Part shown: positions 48,259-57,705 of the stretch, in pieces
Layout of the letters: the number at the start of each line of letters is the position of its first letter
Numbering within the stretch: position 1 is the stretch's first letter
From: Candidatus Latescibacterota bacterium
Lineage (GTDB): Bacteria; Latescibacterota; UBA2968; GCA-2709665
DNA: 64,000 nt
Reading direction: 5' to 3'
NCBI GenBank assembly: GCA_965222075.1
Contig: OZ244937.1
Span: 5,024,001 to 5,088,000, forward strand
The notes under the pieces: model-generated
What the model was told of the DNA's origin: nothing
Seen by the model: only the letters and a program-made list of their open reading frames with translations
Database searches by the model: none
Program-made: the position numbers and the translations under genes

Positions 48259-50274
48259 GTGGAGCAGCGAGACACTGTAACGTCGGATCTCACGGAGGCC
48301 GGGACGAAGACCGGGGAGGCGCAGGGGGTGACGCCCCGGGCCGTTGTCATCGGGATCTGTACTGCTGTGGTCGTGGGCTTTTTGGCAAGTACGCTTCGCT
48401 TCGTCCAAAAGGGCTCGGTTATGACCATCAGCTTTATGCCGATGGGAAACCTTCTCCTCTTCCTGCTCTTGCTCCTGGCCTTCGGCGTGCTGGTCCGGGG
48501 ATTCGGACGGCGGTTCGTACTTTCTTCATCGGAATGGATCACGATTTTTTCCATGGGACTCGTCAGCTGCCTGGGTCCCAATTATGGGATCGCCGGTTAC
48601 CTCCTGGGCTCGATTGTGACTCCCTACTACCTGGCGACGCCGGAGAATCGGTGGGCCGAGTTTCTCCACCCGCACCTTCCCGGCTGGTTGGTCCCCGGCA
48701 ACGAGGGTGGGGCGATCAGCCTGTTCTTCGAAGGGCTTCCGAGGGGGGCTTCGATCCCGTGGGAGGTCTGGGCGCTGCCCCTGTTCTGGTGGTTTCTCTT
48801 TATCGCTGCGCTTGCGTTTGCCTGTTTCTGTGTGGCGGTGATCTTCCGCAGGCAGTGGGCGGACCACGAGAAGCTGGTCTATCCGGCGCTGAAGCCGATT
48901 TTGACGATGGTGTCCCAGACAAGGGTGGGACAGGGCGTTCTTCCGCATTTTATGCGCGGCAGGGTTTTCTGGGCGGGATTCGGGTTTGTATCGGTCGTTT
49001 TCTGGTGGAATATGATCTCCTGGTTCTATCCGGGCGTGCCGAAATTCCCCATTATGACCGATCTCGTCGACTACTGGGACCTGCTTCCCAAGCACTATCC
49101 CCCGATCTTTTTCCATGTAAGTACGGTCGTTTTCTGCTTCTCCTACTTTGCCAGCCTCGATGTGCTTTTCAGCATGTGGTTTTTCGATCTGCTTTATATT
49201 GTCGAAGCGGGCCCCCTGAACCGTGTCGGACTCGTTTCGAATTCCCCCCACTACGGGGCTGGACCCTATGTGACGACGAGCTATAAGTGGCAGACGGCCG
49301 GGGCCTTTCTGGCGTGGGTTCTGTGGTGGCTGTGGACGGCGCGGGGTCACCTTCGGGAGGTTTTCCACAAGGCGCTGCGTCCGGATCGTTCTTCCCTGGA
49401 CGATCGCCGGGAGCTGATTTCCTACCGGGGAGCTGCGATCGGTCTGATCGTATGCTGCTTTTACATCGCGGCCTGGCTGTGGCAGATGGGGATCGAAGCC
49501 AGGGCGGTTGCCCTGCTGGTTCCCTCTATGTTTATTGTCTACCTCGGCGTGGCAAAGGTGGTGGCGGATTCCGGACTGATCTACCTCGAGCCCGCGGCTG
49601 TGGCCTGGAACTACTCCCTCTTCGCTCTGGGGGGAGCGCGCGCCCTGAATGCCACCACGCACGTGTCCAACAGCCTTCTGAAGTTTAGCGTGAATCACCC
49701 CCGGAGCTTTGCGATGCCGACCCTGGCGCACATCAGCCGCCTGGGGGATTCGGTCACCGGAAACAGACGGCGGCTTTTCTGGTGGGTTCTTACCGCGTTT
49801 ATCGTGGGAATGACCGTTTCCACGCTTTATACGATCTGGCTGGCGTACACCCTGGGTGCCCATAATTTCCGGCACAAATCGCTGATCTTTACATTGAATA
49901 ACCACCAGCTAAGTTTGAACGCAATCACAAATCCCAGATCCATTCTGGCGGCAGAATACTGGCTTTTTCTGGCCGGAGCGGCAGCGATGGTCGCCATGAA
50001 TCTGATGCGCTACCGGTTCTCCTGGTGGCGGCTTCATCCGCTTGGGTTCGCGCTTTCCGGTACGATCTGGTCGCGGCTGGAGAGCGGGACGTTTCTGGTC
50101 GCGTGGTTGGTCAAGCTTCTGATATTGAAAATCGGCGGGGTGTCGTTTTACCGCCGGTCGAGGCCTTTTATCATGGGCATGCTGATCGGATACGTCCTGG
50201 CGGTGCTTGCGGGGATGGTCGTGGACGGCATCTGGTTTCCCGATCAGGGGCACAGGGTGCATCACTGGTACTGA
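48259..50274 (+). CDS. DUF6785/DUF6784-like polytopic membrane protein 1 (putative transporter)
   Basis: Many TM segments; IFRRQWADHEKLVYP, WWRLHPLGF, YRRSRPFIMGMLIG; start approximate. Confidence 0.75.
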   Translation: MEQRDTVTSDLTEAGTKTGEAQGVTPRAVVIGICTAVVVGFLASTLRFVQKGSVMTISFMPMGNLLLFLLLLLAFGVLVRGFGRRFVLSSSEWITIFSMGLVSCLGPNYGIAGYLLGSIVTPYYLATPENRWAEFLHPHLPGWLVPGNEGGAISLFFEGLPRGASIPWEVWALPLFWWFLFIAALAFACFCVAVIFRRQWADHEKLVYPALKPILTMVSQTRVGQGVLPHFMRGRVFWAGFGFVSVVFWWNMISWFYPGVPKFPIMTDLVDYWDLLPKHYPPIFFHVSTVVFCFSYFASLDVLFSMWFFDLLYIVEAGPLNRVGLVSNSPHYGAGPYVTTSYKWQTAGAFLAWVLWWLWTARGHLREVFHKALRPDRSSLDDRRELISYRGAAIGLIVCCFYIAAWLWQMGIEARAVALLVPSMFIVYLGVAKVVADSGLIYLEPAAVAWNYSLFALGGARALNATTHVSNSLLKFSVNHPRSFAMPTLAHISRLGDSVTGNRRRLFWWVLTAFIVGMTVSTLYTIWLAYTLGAHNFRHKSLIFTLNNHQLSLNAITNPRSILAAEYWLFLAGAAAMVAMNLMRYRFSWWRLHPLGFALSGTIWSRLESGTFLVAWLVKLLILKIGGVSFYRRSRPFIMGMLIGYVLAVLAGMVVDGIWFPDQGHRVHHWY

Positions 50275-50497
50275 GGACCACACCAGCGCATACGACCTGG
50301 AATTGCTCGATCTGCTCCAGGCCATTGAAAACGATACCGAACCGGACAACAGCGGGGTAAACGGTCTGAAGAATTTGGCCCTTGGGCTGGCGATGTACCG
50401 GTCTCTGGAAACCGGCCGCCGCCTGGACTTCAAGGACGGGCTGCCCGTAGACGTTTCGATGGGCTACCAGTACCGGGGGCCATTCTACGTCCGGTAG
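50275..50497 (+). pseudogene. C-terminal remnant of a Gfo/Idh/MocA oxidoreductase
   Basis: ELLDLLQAIENDTEPDNSGVNGLKNLALGLAMYRSLETGRR; no start codon. Confidence 0.65.
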
Positions 50498-50517
50498 CCG
50501 GATGCCAGGAGGAAGAG

Positions 50518-52485
50518 ATGGCCCTCAGGTCCGAGCGAATTATAGAGGACACACCGGAGTCTGCGCGGGACGGCCTGACGCTCCGGGCCCTCCTGATCGG
50601 CCTTGCGCTGTGCGCGTTTCTCGGGGTGGCCCTGCCCTATAATTTGATGGTGATCCAGGGATCCCTGCTCAATTTCTATTTTATCGACCGGGGGGCGCTG
50701 TTCCTCTTCTTCTGCCTGGTTTTGGTGGTCAATCCGCTGCTGGGCTGGATGAAACGCCGCTGGGTGCTGAAGCGTGGGGAACTGCTGGCCATCTACGCGA
50801 TGTTCCTGTTTCTGCTGCCCGCCTCGGGGATGGTCAGACCTGTGATCGCCTACCTGACGGGGGTCACCTATTATGCGTCTCCCGAGAGGCGGGATTTAGA
50901 GGCGGTGCTGCCCCATATCCTGCCCTGGACGGCCCCTCAGGACGCGGAGGTGGTGCGGGGGCTTTACGAGGGGCTGCCGGAGGGAGTTCCTCCGCCGTGG
51001 GAGGCCTGGATCGTACCTCTGGTGAGCTGGGGGGCGTTCCTGATGGTGCTGTGGGGGGTGCTGATCTGCTTGGCGATGATCTTTCGCAGGCAGTGGGTGG
51101 AGCACGAGCGTTTCGCCTTCCCGATAATGCAGGTGCCCTTAGAGATGGGGGAGACCGGAGAGGGAAAGGTCGGGCCGCTGTTCAAGAGCTGGACGATGTG
51201 GGCGGGGTTTGCCATTCCGTTCGTGATCGGCTCCATCAAGGGGTTGCATACCTATTACCATACGATCCCCGATATCAGCCTGTACACACAGATTTGGATT
51301 TTCCGGCAAACAACGGTTGTACCGATTAGGATCCACTTTGCAATCATCGGATACGCCTATTTTGTGAATACGGACGTGAGCCTGAGCGTCTGGCTGTTCA
51401 ACGTGATCTCGAAGGTCATCCGGGGGGTGCTGGCCATTCTGGGCGCGGAGCAGGCCGATGTGTCCGGCACGGTGGGGCGGTTCAGTTCCCGGGGCTCGGC
51501 GTTTCTGGCGCTGACGGGGATGGGGTATATGCTGGCCTTGGCGGGTTACAGCCTGTGGGTGGCGCGGGGGCACCTGCGTGAGGTGTGGGCCAGGGCGATG
51601 GGGAGGCCGTCGGGAGCGGACGATTCGGGGGAGGCGATCCCCTACCGGACGGCGCTGATCGGCATCGGGGTCGGGACGCTGTACCTGGGGTGCTGGCTCT
51701 ACCAGGCGGGGATGTCCCCGCCGCTGATTCTGTTTCTGTTTTTCTCTGCCTTTGTGGTGTTCCTGGTGATGGCCCGGATTGCCAGCGAGACGGGTTTTGC
51801 AGCTCCCTATTCTCCGCTGAATCCGGCGGAGTTCGTGGTGTGCGCAACCGGGTCCTCGGCGTTCAGCCCGCCCGGGCTGGTGACGCTCGGGTTCAATTAC
51901 ACGTGGACGATCACGCGGATCAATAATGTGATGGCCCGCGGGCTGGGGGCACTGTGGCTGTCTAAGGAGATCGGGCAGAAGCGGCGGCTGGTATGGGCGA
52001 TGGGAGCGGCGCTGGCCGTGGGGTTGGCCGCTACGGGCTATATGACATTGAAGCTGGGCTACACGTACGGCGGCCTCAACCTGGACCGGTTTTTCCTGGA
52101 CTACGCCATCGTTCCTTTCGACGTGTTCGTGGGGCGACGGATGCTGGAGCCCAGTCCGGTCTTCACCAGGGGGTTTCTCTACACGGCGATGGGGGTGGGG
52201 ATTGCGAGCCTGCTGATGGTTGTGCGGGCGCGATTTACCCGGTGGCCCCTGCACCCTGTGGCGCTCCCGATCAGTACGATCTGGTTTACGGATGTTTTCT
52301 TCTTCAGCGTATTTCTCGCCTGGGCGATCAAGGCGGTGGTGCTGAAGTTCGGAGGCGCGGCGTTCTATAGGAGGACGCGGCCGTTTTTCATCGGGATCGT
52401 CCTGGGGGAAACGGTGTGCGCGGGTGGGTGGAGCGTTGTGGACTATTTTACCGGTATGATCGGGAATGCGATCTATCCTGAATAG
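50518..52485 (+). CDS. DUF6785/DUF6784-like polytopic membrane protein 2
   Basis: IFRRQWVEHERFAFP, RWPLHPV, YRRTRPFFIGIVLG; paralog of the preceding membrane gene. Confidence 0.78.
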   Translation: MALRSERIIEDTPESARDGLTLRALLIGLALCAFLGVALPYNLMVIQGSLLNFYFIDRGALFLFFCLVLVVNPLLGWMKRRWVLKRGELLAIYAMFLFLLPASGMVRPVIAYLTGVTYYASPERRDLEAVLPHILPWTAPQDAEVVRGLYEGLPEGVPPPWEAWIVPLVSWGAFLMVLWGVLICLAMIFRRQWVEHERFAFPIMQVPLEMGETGEGKVGPLFKSWTMWAGFAIPFVIGSIKGLHTYYHTIPDISLYTQIWIFRQTTVVPIRIHFAIIGYAYFVNTDVSLSVWLFNVISKVIRGVLAILGAEQADVSGTVGRFSSRGSAFLALTGMGYMLALAGYSLWVARGHLREVWARAMGRPSGADDSGEAIPYRTALIGIGVGTLYLGCWLYQAGMSPPLILFLFFSAFVVFLVMARIASETGFAAPYSPLNPAEFVVCATGSSAFSPPGLVTLGFNYTWTITRINNVMARGLGALWLSKEIGQKRRLVWAMGAALAVGLAATGYMTLKLGYTYGGLNLDRFFLDYAIVPFDVFVGRRMLEPSPVFTRGFLYTAMGVGIASLLMVVRARFTRWPLHPVALPISTIWFTDVFFFSVFLAWAIKAVVLKFGGAAFYRRTRPFFIGIVLGETVCAGGWSVVDYFTGMIGNAIYPE

Positions 52486-52537
52486 GGGACGATGGACGAC
52501 GGACCATGGACCACACTCTGAGAAAGGAACGCTCAAG

Positions 52538-53452
52538 ATGACCCCCAGATTCATTCCCAAGACAGACCTGCAGGTTTCCCCCATCTGCCTGGGCACCATG
52601 ACGTTCGGTACGCCGGTTGGGGAGGCAGAGGCCATTCCCATTGTTCACCGGGCGCTGGAGAACGGCGTTAACTTCATCGACACGGCGAATATGTACGAAG
52701 GCTACACCCGGCAGATCGGCTCGCGCGGCGAGGTGTCCGAGGCGATTCTGGGTGAGGCGCTGAAGGATCGGCGTGAGCGGGCCGTTGTTGCGACCAAGGT
52801 GGGCATGAAAATCGGACCGAACCCGGACGATGAGGGGCTGAGCCGCGCGCATGTCCTGCGCGAATGCGACCGAAGCCTGGACCGGCTGCAGACCGACTGG
52901 ATCGATCTCTACTATATGCATACGACCGATCCGGATACGCCGCTGGAGGAGTCCATCGGCGCTTTTATGGACCTCATCGCGTCGGGCAAGGTGCGTCACT
53001 GGGGGATTTCCAACTACGATGCCGGCCAGACCCGGGAGGTGCTGGAGACCTGCGATGTGAACGGCTGGCAGCGTCCCGTGGCGCATCAACCCCCATACAG
53101 TCTGCTCAAGCGCGATATCGAGAAGGATCTGCTTCCCCTCTGCCGTGCGGAAGAGATCGCCGTGGTACCCTACCAGGTCCTGCAGGGCGGTCTGCTGACC
53201 GGCAAGTACCGGGATGCGTCTTCGCCGCCTGAAGGCTCGCGCGGCAGGGAGCAACCCGGCTGGATTCCCCTGTTGAACGATCCTGCCGCGCAGAAGGAGA
53301 TCGCCGTCCTGACCGAAAAGGCGGGCAAAGAGGGCCTGAGCCTGTTTGATTACACGATCCGGACCACTGTTGAGACGCCGGGGATTACGAGTGTTATTCT
53401 GGGGGTGAAGGACGCCCGACAGATTGAAGCGGCCGTGCGTGCCCTGGAATGA
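52538..53452 (+). CDS. Aldo/keto reductase
   Basis: ICLGTMTFG, FIDTANMY, VATKVG, SLDRLQTDWIDLYYMH, GKVRHWGISN. Confidence 0.95.
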   Translation: MTPRFIPKTDLQVSPICLGTMTFGTPVGEAEAIPIVHRALENGVNFIDTANMYEGYTRQIGSRGEVSEAILGEALKDRRERAVVATKVGMKIGPNPDDEGLSRAHVLRECDRSLDRLQTDWIDLYYMHTTDPDTPLEESIGAFMDLIASGKVRHWGISNYDAGQTREVLETCDVNGWQRPVAHQPPYSLLKRDIEKDLLPLCRAEEIAVVPYQVLQGGLLTGKYRDASSPPEGSRGREQPGWIPLLNDPAAQKEIAVLTEKAGKEGLSLFDYTIRTTVETPGITSVILGVKDARQIEAAVRALE

Positions 53453-53544
53453 GGCCGGAAGCTGGCCGTGGGCGCCCGGGGCATCGGCTGTTGCTGTGGG
53501 ACAGGCCTCGCTGCGCTCTGGCCCATTATCAAAGGAGATGGCAA

Positions 53545-55584
53545 ATGAGCCAAACAAAGCGCCGACTCCGCAGGACCGCCCTGCTGTGCTTTCCGAACCC
53601 TTCGCTGAGCGAGTCTGCGGTTGATGAGGTCCTGGCCGGGGGGTTCACCGATGTGGGCGTTGGGGTGGGGTTCGAGAATATCATCGAGAACCAGGGATTC
53701 AGTCTCGAGCAGACGGAACAACTCGCCGGTATGTGTGAGCAGCGTGGCCTGGGGCTGGTGGTCTTTACCTGTTATGAGACCTATTTTCCCGAGCATCTGG
53801 TGCTGGACGATCCGAAGCGCCTGATGGTTACCAGCGACGGCGAACAGCTCTTCAAGCCCTATCAGGAGCTGCCGGACCGGGTTACGTTCGAGGAGGTTGG
53901 CGAGCTCGGGCTTTGTCCATTCCGTCCGGAAAACAAGGCGTTCTACAAGGAATTGCTGCTGGCGGTCTGCGAGTGGCCGGCCACGTGCGAGATCCACGTC
54001 AACGACGAAGCGAGCCTGGGCTGGTTTGGAAACTGGTTGATGGCCTGCTACTGCGACGTCTGCCAGGCACAGTTTAAGGAGAAGACGGGGTCCGACCCAC
54101 CCGTGAAACGGGATTGGGAGGATGCGCTGTGGTGGGCCTGGCTGGAGCACCGGTTCGAGAACTGGAATGCGGTTCACGCCGAGTTTCGAAGTGCGATCAA
54201 GCAGGTGCGGCCGGATATTGTGGTGGGCCAGCAACACAGCCCGGCGATTCCGGAGCGAATGTACAATGCGTGGCTCTACGGGATCAACCTGGCGCGGCAG
54301 GCGACCACCCTGGACGTGATCTGTACCGATCCGTACCACTACAACCACGCCAAGGAGTTTTTCCACCGGCCGCACCGGCGGGTTCTGACGGAGGGGACAC
54401 GCAGCCTGATGGGGGCCGCGTACGACCGGCAGGCGGATATTTATACCCAGGGGTTCATGCCGCTCACCCAGGCCGTGCCGATGGGGCGTCAGGACGGGCT
54501 GCTGGAGGCGGTCGTGCCCTTTGCGCTGGGCGCGGATATGGTTGTACCGTATACTTATGAGTTGATGAAGATTATCCCGGGATTTTTCGAGGGATTCCAG
54601 GAGGCCCGGAAGCTGATTGACGTCTTTGAGTCCCACCGGCCGTATGCCTATGCGACCACTGTGATGCCGCACCAGTCGGAGGTGACCGGCCACTACGACA
54701 GCCACTGGGGATCCGAGCACCTGTTGAATGTGGTGAACCTCATGTATCAGACGGGTGTTCCGTGGCGGTGGTTCTGGGACGGCCGGCTGGAGGATGCGGC
54801 CGGACACCTGAGCGGTCCCCTGGTCCTGCCGGAGGTGCACTGTCTGACAGAGGGACAGCTCCAAAAGGTCCGCGAGGTGGGTGGCGAGGGACTGGTCTGG
54901 ATCGGCAATGTGCCGCAGGCGCCCTGGGCGGGAAGTGGTCCGTGCAGGCTGCCGGCGGCGATCGAGTACGGGGTCTTCGAGGTGGCACTGGAGGACCATC
55001 CGCTTACATCGGGTCTGACGGATCCGTTCGTGCTCTGCAGCCGGGTGGACCATTCCGGACCTGAGGGCGAGGTGATCGGCAGGGTTGAGGGCCGCCCGGC
55101 GCTGGTGCTGGTGGAGGTGGAGGGGCGGCGCGAGGTCTGGATCGCCGGCACACCGATCCGGGACTATTCCGGCAGCAGGGTCTTCCGATTCAACCAGCCC
55201 ACCTGCAGCATCGAACTCTTCCGGCGGTTGATCCTGTGGGCTGGTCAAGCCCGACCGCTGGCACATATGCATCCCTATCCCCCTGCCAATGACTATTCGA
55301 CGCTCCGTCCGAGCGACCGTCGTACGAATCCCCCCGTGGAACTTCTGCCGATGGTGGGTGAGGATTCTCTTCTCGCGGTCATCTTCCCCTACACTCCGGT
55401 GAGGTGCGAGACGGGCCTGGCGATCCATCTGCCCGAGGGAGCGGCCCTGCGCAGCGTCGTGGACCTCTGGTCGGGCAGGGACTGGACCGACCGCGTGGAG
55501 GCAGGTGAGGAGGGCGCGCTCCGCATCCCGCTGGAGATCCCGGGCGATCTGGAGTTGCTGGCGCTACTGATCAGCTACGCTTGA
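53545..55584 (+). CDS. Putative TIM-barrel glycoside hydrolase-like protein, copy 1
   Basis: LCPFRP, IHVNDE, CYCDVCQAQF, DVICTDPY; resembles GH42-like architecture. Confidence 0.6.
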   Translation: MSQTKRRLRRTALLCFPNPSLSESAVDEVLAGGFTDVGVGVGFENIIENQGFSLEQTEQLAGMCEQRGLGLVVFTCYETYFPEHLVLDDPKRLMVTSDGEQLFKPYQELPDRVTFEEVGELGLCPFRPENKAFYKELLLAVCEWPATCEIHVNDEASLGWFGNWLMACYCDVCQAQFKEKTGSDPPVKRDWEDALWWAWLEHRFENWNAVHAEFRSAIKQVRPDIVVGQQHSPAIPERMYNAWLYGINLARQATTLDVICTDPYHYNHAKEFFHRPHRRVLTEGTRSLMGAAYDRQADIYTQGFMPLTQAVPMGRQDGLLEAVVPFALGADMVVPYTYELMKIIPGFFEGFQEARKLIDVFESHRPYAYATTVMPHQSEVTGHYDSHWGSEHLLNVVNLMYQTGVPWRWFWDGRLEDAAGHLSGPLVLPEVHCLTEGQLQKVREVGGEGLVWIGNVPQAPWAGSGPCRLPAAIEYGVFEVALEDHPLTSGLTDPFVLCSRVDHSGPEGEVIGRVEGRPALVLVEVEGRREVWIAGTPIRDYSGSRVFRFNQPTCSIELFRRLILWAGQARPLAHMHPYPPANDYSTLRPSDRRTNPPVELLPMVGEDSLLAVIFPYTPVRCETGLAIHLPEGAALRSVVDLWSGRDWTDRVEAGEEGALRIPLEIPGDLELLALLISYA

Positions 55585-55645
55585 CCTCAATATCGAACCG
55601 AACTCTCGCTGTAAAGGACCGACTCACCCCGAAAGGAGATCACAG

Positions 55646-57691
55646 ATGAGCGAGGCTAAGCGCCGACTCCGCAGGACCGCACTGCTGTGTTTTTCGAAAT
55701 TTTCGCTGAGCGAGTCTGCTATCGATGAGATCTCAGCCGGAGGGTTCACCGACGTGGGTATTTACGTGGTGCCCGAAAAATGGGCGACGGACTATGGATT
55801 CACGCTGGAGGAGACGGCACGAGTTGCCGGTATGTGCGAGCAGCGAGGCCTGGGCCTTGTGATCTTAACCACCTATGAGACCTATTTTCCTGAGCCTTTG
55901 GTGCTCGACAATCCGAAGCGTCTGATGGTTACCAGCGACGGCGAACAGCTCTTCAAGCCCTATCAGGAGCTGCCGGACCGGGTTACGTTCGAGGAGGTTG
56001 GCGAGCTCGGGCTTTGTCCATTCCGTCCGGAAAACAAGGCGTTCTACAAGGAATTGCTGCTGGCGGTCTGCGAGTGGCCGGCCACGTGCGAGATCCACGT
56101 GAACGACGAAGCGAGCCTGGGCTGGTTTGGAAACTGGTTGATGGCCTGCTACTGCGACGTCTGCCAGGCACAGTTTAAGGAGAAGACGGGGTCCGACCCA
56201 CCCGTGAAACGGGATTGGGAGGATGCGCTGTGGTGGGCCTGGCTGGAGCACCGGTTCGAGAACTGGAATGCGGTTCACACCGAGTTTCGAAGTGCGATCA
56301 AGCAGGTGCGGCCGGACATTGTGGTGGGCCAGCAACACAGCCCGTCGATTCCGGAGCGAATGTACAATGCGTGGCTCTACGGGATCAACCTGGCCAGCCA
56401 GGCGACGACCCTGGATGTGGTCGGCACGGATCCGTATCACTACAACCACGCCAAGGAGTTTTTCCACCGGCCGCACCGGCGGATTCTGACGGAGGGGACG
56501 CGCAGCCTGATGGGGGCCGCGTACGACCGGCAGGTGGATATTTATACCCAGGGGTTCATGCCGCTCACCCAGGCCGTGCCGATGGGGCGTCAGGACGGGC
56601 TGCTGGAGGCGGTCGTGCCCTTTGCGCTGGGCGCGGATATGGTTGTACCGTATACTTATGAGTTGATGAAGATTATCCCGGGATTTTTCGAGGGATTCCA
56701 GGAGGCCCGGAAGCTGATTGACGTCTTTGAGTCCCACCGGCCGTATGCCTATGCGACCACTGTGATGCCGCACCAGTCGGAGGTGACCGGCCACTACGAC
56801 AGCCACTGGGGATCCGAGCACCTGTTGAATGTGGTGAACCTCATGTATCAGACGGGTGTTCCGTGGCGGTGGTTCTGGGACGGCCGGCTGGAGGATGCGG
56901 CCGGACACCTGAGCGGTCCCCTGGTCCTGCCGGAGGTGCACTGTCTGACAGAGGGACAGCTCCAAAAGGTCCGCGAGGTGGGTGGCGAGGGACTGGTCTG
57001 GATCGGCAATGTGCCGCAGGCGCCCTGGGCGGGAAGTGGTCCGTGCAGGCTGCCGGCGGCGATCGAGTACGGGGTCTTCGAGGTGGCACTGGAGGACCAT
57101 CCGCTTACATCGGGTCTGACGGATCCGTTCGTGCTCTGCAGCCGGGTGGACCATTCCGGACCTGAGGGCGAGGTGATCGGCAGGGTTGAGGGCCGCCCGG
57201 CGCTGGTGCTGGTGGAGGTGGAGGGGCGGCGCGAGGTCTGGATCGCCGGCACACCGATCCGGGACTATTCCGGCAGCAGGGTCTTCCGATTCAACCAGCC
57301 CACCTGCAGCATCGAACTCTTCCGGCGGTTGATCCTGTGGGCTGGTCAAGCCCGACCGCTGGCACATATGCATCCCTATCCCCCTGCCAATGACTATTCG
57401 ACGCTCCGTCCGAGCGACCGTCGTACGAATCCCCCCGTGGAACTTCTGCCGATGGTGGGTGAGGACTCTCTTCTCGCGGTCATCTTCCCCTACACCCCCG
57501 TGAGGTGCGAGACGGGCCTGGCGATTCATCTGCCCGAGGGAGCGGCCCTGCGCAGCGTCGTGGACCTCTGGTCGGGCAGGGACTGGACCGACCGCGTGGA
57601 GGCAGGTGAGGAGGGCGCGCTCCGCATCCCGCTGGAGATCCCGGGCGATCTGGAGTTGCTGGCGCTGTTGATTGGTTACGACAAAGAGTGA
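55646..57691 (+). CDS. Putative TIM-barrel glycoside hydrolase-like protein, copy 2 (tandem duplicate)
   Basis: Near-identical to 53545-55584 at offset 2101. Confidence 0.6.
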   Translation: MSEAKRRLRRTALLCFSKFSLSESAIDEISAGGFTDVGIYVVPEKWATDYGFTLEETARVAGMCEQRGLGLVILTTYETYFPEPLVLDNPKRLMVTSDGEQLFKPYQELPDRVTFEEVGELGLCPFRPENKAFYKELLLAVCEWPATCEIHVNDEASLGWFGNWLMACYCDVCQAQFKEKTGSDPPVKRDWEDALWWAWLEHRFENWNAVHTEFRSAIKQVRPDIVVGQQHSPSIPERMYNAWLYGINLASQATTLDVVGTDPYHYNHAKEFFHRPHRRILTEGTRSLMGAAYDRQVDIYTQGFMPLTQAVPMGRQDGLLEAVVPFALGADMVVPYTYELMKIIPGFFEGFQEARKLIDVFESHRPYAYATTVMPHQSEVTGHYDSHWGSEHLLNVVNLMYQTGVPWRWFWDGRLEDAAGHLSGPLVLPEVHCLTEGQLQKVREVGGEGLVWIGNVPQAPWAGSGPCRLPAAIEYGVFEVALEDHPLTSGLTDPFVLCSRVDHSGPEGEVIGRVEGRPALVLVEVEGRREVWIAGTPIRDYSGSRVFRFNQPTCSIELFRRLILWAGQARPLAHMHPYPPANDYSTLRPSDRRTNPPVELLPMVGEDSLLAVIFPYTPVRCETGLAIHLPEGAALRSVVDLWSGRDWTDRVEAGEEGALRIPLEIPGDLELLALLIGYDKE

Positions 57692-57705
57692 AAAAAGGAG
57701 AGACC

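Noticed and set aside
53350-57529. Long minus-strand ORFs (692 and 554 aa; likewise 41301-43040, 43587-45143, 51139-52641, 63301-63924)
   Set aside because: Antisense shadows of GC-rich genes with no recognisable motifs
53545-57691. Diversity-generating retroelement template/variable repeat pair
   Set aside because: No reverse transcriptase in the window, whole genes are duplicated, and differences are not adenine-specific
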